A stretch of 28,059 nucleotides of DNA from a virus (taxonomy: Duplodnaviria > Caudoviricetes): positions 1 through 28,059 of IMG/VR virus record IMGVR_UViG_3300027769_000110. One strand, 5' to 3'. Of the stretch, positions 24,056-28,059 are shown piece after piece (positions within the stretch are counted from its first letter, which is position 1; each line of letters opens with the position of its first letter). A model generated the notes under the pieces. That model made no database searches. It was not told where the DNA came from and saw only the letters and a program-made list of their open reading frames with translations. Made by a program: the position numbers and the translations under genes.

Positions 24056-24266
24056 GATTCAAAAGACTAAGATTTTTCCATTAAGATGGATAGGAAATTT
24101 TTGTGGGGAATATGCTGGCAATCACCTTATTAAGGCTATTGATTTAGATGAGCAACTAGATAGTAACTTATCATTTCGTTATAAATACCACGCAAAAATG
24201 TGGGTGATTCTCAATAAACCCTATGAGCGTTGGGGCACTTATTACATTGTAGATCTTGACAAATAG
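24042..24266 (+). CDS. Hypothetical protein
   Basis: AAGGGA RBS before ATG 24042. Confidence 0.6.
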   Translation: MKTIKIQKTKIFPLRWIGNFCGEYAGNHLIKAIDLDEQLDSNLSFRYKYHAKMWVILNKPYERWGTYYIVDLDK

Positions 24267-24290
24267 CCCTGTATGGTGTATAATTAAGTT

Positions 24291-24725
24291 ATGAGTATAT
24301 ATGACTTGTCATTTATTGACAATAAGGGTAATGAAATAAAACTGGAAAGTTTTAAAGGTAAAGACATGTTAATAGTTAACACGGCAAGCCATTGTGGATA
24401 CACAGCACAGTATCAAGACCTGCAAAAAATTCAAAGTGATTCTATTGTTGTAATTGGATTTCCATGTAATCAGTTTGGTAACCAAGAGCCAGGAACAACA
24501 GAAGAAATTGAATCATTCTGTACAAACATTTATGGTATAACCTTTCCTATATCACAGAAGATAGAGGTTAATGGACCAAGTGCTCACCCAATCTACAAGA
24601 AACTAAAAGAAATTGCTACAGGTGGAAAAGATATTGGTTGGAACTTTGAGAAGTTCTGGGTATCTGCTGATGGATCAATTACTCATTATCCTAGTTCTCA
24701 TCAAGTATTCGATATTATTAAATAG
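24291..24725 (+). CDS. Glutathione peroxidase family protein (Cys type)
   Basis: NTASHCGYT.QY, GFPCNQFGNQEPG and WNFEKF signatures. Confidence 0.93.
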   Translation: MSIYDLSFIDNKGNEIKLESFKGKDMLIVNTASHCGYTAQYQDLQKIQSDSIVVIGFPCNQFGNQEPGTTEEIESFCTNIYGITFPISQKIEVNGPSAHPIYKKLKEIATGGKDIGWNFEKFWVSADGSITHYPSSHQVFDIIK

Positions 24726-24763
24726 TATTTGACAGCAAGTTCCTATTAGGGTATACTTATTAT

Positions 24764-24937
24764 ATGAGTATAGACGAAATGACATTACGAGAAGAGATTG
24801 CAAGGGCTATTGAGGCTCTTCCAATTGAGGACTCTGTCACCAATGCCCTGGGTATGCGTATCCTTGCAGCAAAGGTTGCAAGAGGAAAAGATAATTATAT
24901 GACCACCATGTTTGAAAGACAGGAGGATTTTGAATGA
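24764..24937 (+). CDS. 57-aa hypothetical protein (leaderless)
   Basis: TTGACA-17-TATACT-N6-ATG. Confidence 0.6.
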   Translation: MSIDEMTLREEIARAIEALPIEDSVTNALGMRILAAKVARGKDNYMTTMFERQEDFE

Positions 24938-25024
24938 TTAGTATATTCTTTTTGCTTCCAGCATTTGTTATAGGGTACGTAGCATGCTATGTTGTCATGA
25001 CATATAAAGTTAATCAAGACTAGG

Positions 25025-25474
25025 ATGAAGCCTTCTGCATACATCTTTGACGTAGACGGAACTCTTGCTAATGTAGATCCTTACCTACACTATGTTCGTG
25101 GCTCTAATAGGGATTACAATGCCTTTCATGAGGCTTCTATAGATGCCCTTCCAAATATAGAGGTTGTTCAGATGCTAAATAATGCTGTTTCTGATCAGCA
25201 TGCCATCTTGATTGTTACATCTCGTAAAGAAAAATATCGTGGATTAACATCTATGTGGCTTGCAAAGAATAATATCAGGTCTCATGCTTTATTTATGAGG
25301 GCAGACGATGATAGCAGACCAGACTATGAAGCAAAAAAGGATATGCTTGATAAGATTAATATACTATGGGATGTTGTACATGCAGTAGATGACAACCCAA
25401 ATGTAATTAAGTTATGGGAAGATCATGGAATCCTTACAACAAAAATTGGAACATGGGATGGAAACAAATCTTGA
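25025..25474 (+). CDS. HAD phosphatase, T4 PseT/PNK 3'-phosphatase-like
   Basis: FDVDGTL, VTSR, LFMR..DD.RPD...K, VDD. Confidence 0.88.
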   Translation: MKPSAYIFDVDGTLANVDPYLHYVRGSNRDYNAFHEASIDALPNIEVVQMLNNAVSDQHAILIVTSRKEKYRGLTSMWLAKNNIRSHALFMRADDDSRPDYEAKKDMLDKINILWDVVHAVDDNPNVIKLWEDHGILTTKIGTWDGNKS

Positions 25475-25505
25475 CACACATATCTCAATATGGTATGATT
25501 AGTTT

Positions 25506-25634
25506 ATGAGCAAACGAGTTAAGAAGATTTACAAGTGCGTTGAGTGTGAGACTATGATTACTATTGTAACAAAGGTTCACGAACTACCAGAATCAATCAT
25601 TTGTCCTTGTGACAAAGTAGCAGAAAGCCAGTGA
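25506..25634 (+). CDS. 42-aa zinc-ribbon micro-protein (leaderless)
   Basis: TTGACA-17-TATGAT-N6-ATG; CVEC...CPC. Confidence 0.6.
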   Translation: MSKRVKKIYKCVECETMITIVTKVHELPESIICPCDKVAESQ

Positions 25635-25638
25635 TATA

Positions 25639-25800
25639 ATGAAAAAGTCAAACAATAAAGTATCTCAGCACAAGATCAAAAGAGCAGTCAAGAATAAGAA
25701 ACGAATACAGGCCAAGCCATACTTATCGAAGTTTGAGCAGCAACAAAACAGGATCAGAGAAGAAATCGTTCTTGGATCTTTACGCTCAGTCCCTAACTAG
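25639..25800 (+). CDS. 53-aa very basic micro-protein
   Basis: Manual translation MKKSNNKVSQHKIKRAVKNKKR... Confidence 0.5.
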   Translation: MKKSNNKVSQHKIKRAVKNKKRIQAKPYLSKFEQQQNRIREEIVLGSLRSVPN

Positions 25801-25813
25801 AACTGGAGATATC

Positions 25814-25957
25814 GTGGTAGATCAAGAAGAAGTAAATAAGATATCAAAAGAACTAAAACGTTATATTATTAAACAACATATGAAAACATATTATCATACC
25901 ACTATTGGAATTTTATGTTTTCTTCTTGGAACATTCTTTGGGTTACTAATTAAATAA
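25814..25957 (+). CDS. Small C-terminally anchored membrane protein
   Basis: GGAG RBS plus GTG start within ORF 25733..25957. Confidence 0.5.
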   Translation: MVDQEEVNKISKELKRYIIKQHMKTYYHTTIGILCFLLGTFFGLLIK

Positions 25958-25963
25958 GGACTA

Positions 25964-26037
25964 GCACCAGTAGCCAAGTTGGTTAAGGCACCGAACTCAT
26001 AATTCGGCTATCGTAGGTTCAAGTCCTACCTGGTGTA
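25964..26037 (+). tRNA. tRNA with CAT anticodon (elongator Met or Ile2)
   Basis: GCACCAG/CTGGTGT acceptor; CCGAA-CTCATAA-TTCGG. Confidence 0.9.
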
Positions 26038-26041
26038 CTAC

Positions 26042-26115
26042 ACATCTGTAACTCAGTTGGTTAGAGTACCTGCCTTATATGCAGAGAGCCGAAGGTTCAA
26101 GTCCTTCCAGATGTA
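26042..26115 (+). tRNA. tRNA-Ile(TAT)
   Basis: ACATCTG/CAGATGT acceptor; CTGC-CTTATAT-GCAG; GGTTCAAGTCC. Confidence 0.85.
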
Positions 26116-26119
26116 CAAG

Positions 26120-26193
26120 GCGAGTGTTGCATAATGGTAGTGCACCATCCTTCCAAGTTGGTAGTGCCAGTTCGATTCTGGTCACTCGCTCCA
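26120..26193 (+). tRNA. tRNA-Gly(TCC)
   Basis: GCGAGTG/CACTCGC acceptor, U73, encoded CCA; loop CTTCCAA. Confidence 0.92.
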
Positions 26194-26194
26194 C

Positions 26195-26267
26195 ACCTCT
26201 GTAGTTCAGTGGACAGAACGATGGACTTCTAAGCCATGCGTCGCAAGTTCGATTCTTGCCAGGGGTA
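26195..26267 (+). tRNA. tRNA-Arg(TCT)
   Basis: ACCTCTG/CAGGGGT acceptor; loop CTTCTAA. Confidence 0.9.
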
Positions 26268-26269
26268 CT

Positions 26270-26398
26270 TTACTTTTTAGGATGCTTTGGTTCGTATGGC
26301 GCAATCTTAGACTTAACTCGACCATCTTTGTATAGTCTAACAATCCATCCATCTTTAATCTGAATAGGATTAAACGCTGCTGCTTTTTTCTTTGGCAT
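26270..26398 (-). CDS. 42-aa basic micro-protein
   Basis: MPKKKAAAFNPIQIKDGWIVRLYKDGRVKSKIAPYEPKHPKK; TAATG coupling. Confidence 0.6.
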   Translation of the reverse strand: MPKKKAAAFNPIQIKDGWIVRLYKDGRVKSKIAPYEPKHPKK

Positions 26399-26838
26399 TA
26401 CTTTACCAACTTAAATGGAGAATCTGACCAATTATCTGACTTAGCAACTGGTATACAGTTTGGTACTGGCTTCCCATCAGCACCTGGCTTCATTCCTCTT
26501 TGAACATATCCATCCCAGCAAGGTGCAGCCTTTCCCATTTGTGCTTCATACATTGCCATAGCAACTTCTGAATCTTCTGGCTCAACCATAAGTGGTGGGA
26601 TCTGAACATACATTGACATTGCACATGCCGTATATAGCCTTGTTGCTTCCCACATTCCACCTTCTTCTTGTTCAAATAATTGAATCATTACTGCAGGATT
26701 TTCTGCCGATGCTTCCATGTAGTACTCTGTACCAGGGTTTCCAAGGGAACCTTCATACATGACATGAACAACCTGCCCTATATGGGTATCTCCTTCCCCA
26801 CCATGTGAGGTCATTGCGAAATCGCCTTCTTTTAGCAT
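26398..26838 (-). CDS. Hypothetical protein with CWDGY...VPNC phage motif
   Basis: Leaderless start; motif recurs in phage head-associated proteins. Confidence 0.7.
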   Translation of the reverse strand: MLKEGDFAMTSHGGEGDTHIGQVVHVMYEGSLGNPGTEYYMEASAENPAVMIQLFEQEEGGMWEATRLYTACAMSMYVQIPPLMVEPEDSEVAMAMYEAQMGKAAPCWDGYVQRGMKPGADGKPVPNCIPVAKSDNWSDSPFKLVK

Positions 26839-26866
26839 ATAACTATTATAGCATGCCTTAAAACTA

Positions 26867-27505
26867 TCACTGAAGGATATCTGGATCGTCAGAAAAGGCT
26901 ATGCTTGCTGAATGCCTTGGACACATTGACTCAACGCTATGGACTACACCCTTTGGGATATACGCTGCATCTCCTTCACTTAACAATACTTCATAGTTTA
27001 ACTCTTGATTGTCATGAAAAACCTTCCATAGACTTTGTCCACTACCCTGAATAAATAATCTGTCTTGTTGGTCTGAGTGAACTGCTGGATCCCAAAACTC
27101 AGTACCCCATCCATCTACACCATTATCATGTATTGTAAGTTCTTGCGGAGTCTTTTTAGGGTTGTCTGTATTAAATTTTGAAAAAAGGCTAGATAGATTA
27201 TTGTCTGTCATTGCATTATTGTTTCTGTTTATAAAATGAATAATCATCATTGAAAAAAGTACATGCCCCTTATGAGATAAAGAAATATCTGAGACTGCTT
27301 TTTTGTAATACTCCAAAACCCTTGCATCATTTTCAATAACCATCGTGCCAAAGGAGTTGTAGACTATTGTTTCAGTTTCTTTTGCACGATCATAAAAATC
27401 GTCTATATCTTTCCAAGAAGGAAAATCTTTGTAGAAATTTTTTACAACATGCAGCCTTCTTTCTTTTGTGGCTGATATTAGGTCTTCTTTTGTCATTAAG
27501 GTCAT
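26867..27505 (-). CDS. JmjC/cupin-4-like oxygenase
   Basis: HSD..D...IQ.SG...W.V...L..GD..YIPKG..H.V. Confidence 0.8.
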   Translation of the reverse strand: MTLMTKEDLISATKERRLHVVKNFYKDFPSWKDIDDFYDRAKETETIVYNSFGTMVIENDARVLEYYKKAVSDISLSHKGHVLFSMMIIHFINRNNNAMTDNNLSSLFSKFNTDNPKKTPQELTIHDNGVDGWGTEFWDPAVHSDQQDRLFIQGSGQSLWKVFHDNQELNYEVLLSEGDAAYIPKGVVHSVESMCPRHSASIAFSDDPDILQ

Positions 27506-27524
27506 ATAAAATTATAGCACATAA

Positions 27525-27791
27525 CTAGCCAGTTAATCGGTTGTGAGTTCTTATCCTATGACAGTTAGCGCAAACCACCTCACACTTTTCTATCTCTTTT
27601 TTGATAGCCTTCCAGGAAAACCCATCGTGGATCATTCTTGATATGTTGTACTTTTTGTCTCTTATGTGATCAAAATCTAAGATAATGTGATTACTTATAC
27701 CACAGTCTACGCAGCCAGAATCTTCTTTTATCTTAGCAAGCATCTTCTTATACTGCTGCTTATTATAATGGTCTAACTCTTTGTCAGTCAT
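27525..27791 (-). CDS. HNH endonuclease-like protein
   Basis: CVDCG...LDFDH...EIEKCEVVCANCHRIRT. Confidence 0.85.
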   Translation of the reverse strand: MTDKELDHYNKQQYKKMLAKIKEDSGCVDCGISNHIILDFDHIRDKKYNISRMIHDGFSWKAIKKEIEKCEVVCANCHRIRTHNRLTG

Positions 27792-27819
27792 TGATATTAT
27801 TATACCGCCAAATATTAAG

Positions 27820-27903
27820 CCCCACACAGGCAATTCACCTGACTTGCGCCACGGTCTCTATCCAATGGGTAACTAATCCATCACTAAGGTCCTGTGTGGG
27901 GAC
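27820..27903 (-). ncRNA. Candidate ~84-nt three-way-junction ncRNA
   Basis: 11-bp terminal stem CCCCACACAGG/CCTGTGTGGGG; GCAA tetraloop arm on the minus strand; TACAAT at 27910-27915. Confidence 0.5.
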
Positions 27904-27915
27904 ATTTATATTGTA

Positions 27916-28059
27916 CTACTTGATTTTGATTATCTTAGGCTTCTTTTCTTCAGGAACAATGCGTACTACATGAACATGTAGCATGCCATCCTTAAGTTCT
28001 GCAGAAGTTACTTCCATATATTCTCCCAGTGCAAAAGATCTTATGAACTTTCTTCCTGC
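27916..28059 (-). CDS. Small heat-shock protein Hsp20, 3' end
   Basis: Manual translation AGRKFIRSFALGEYMEVTSAELKDGMLHVHVVRIVPEEKKPKIIKIK. Confidence 0.9.
   Translation of the reverse strand, partial: AGRKFIRSFALGEYMEVTSAELKDGMLHVHVVRIVPEEKKPKIIKIK

Noticed and set aside
24291-24725. Selenocysteine in the glutathione peroxidase
   Set aside because: The active-site codon is TGT (Cys) and there is no in-frame TGA.
27873-27905. Minus-strand mini-ORF MSPHRTLVMD
   Set aside because: The ATG is only 4 nt from the -10, unlike the 5-7 nt leaderless pattern; the RNA-structure reading fits better.
1-28059. Stop-codon reassignment, integrase, IS element or reverse transcriptase system
   Set aside because: TAA, TAG and TGA all end genes with tight coupling, no suppressor tRNA is present, and no such enzyme motifs were seen.

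Overview
A 28-kb segment of a large, AT-rich tailed dsDNA phage. The host is most likely an actinobacterium (e.g. a low-GC freshwater lineage). This is inferred from GAAAGG/AAGGAG Shine-Dalgarno sites, many leaderless TANNNT-N6-ATG genes, and DUF4190-, GP88- and DUF932-like proteins. Left end (1-2.6 kb): the end of a structural module (collagen-like fibre, baseplate-like protein, membrane protein) and a divergent DHH-like gene. From about 2.8 to 16 kb lies a probable early/host-takeover region. It has dozens of tiny, translationally coupled ORFs in short transcription units, separated by spacers built from a shared kit of motifs. The kit comprises ten CRP/GlxR-type TGTGA-N6-TCACA boxes, DnaA boxes, GGCGTGTCG-N2-TTG promoters, TGTCAG-N10-TANNNT promoters, GCCGGC boundary hexamers and six copies of a 24-nt hairpin CCTGAGYAWG-N5-AAACTGCTC that behaves like an RNA element. 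From 16 to 28 kb: HNH/GIY-YIG nucleases, 2OG-Fe(II)/JmjC oxygenases, an LLM-oxygenase fusion, sulfotransferase-like and SGNH-like paralogue pairs, a PnuC-like protein, glutathione peroxidase, a HAD phosphatase, four tRNAs including a rare Ile(UAU), a candidate ncRNA and the 3' end of an Hsp20 gene. A tRNA-Asp lies at 11.86 kb. All family calls are from motif recognition by eye; no database search was run.
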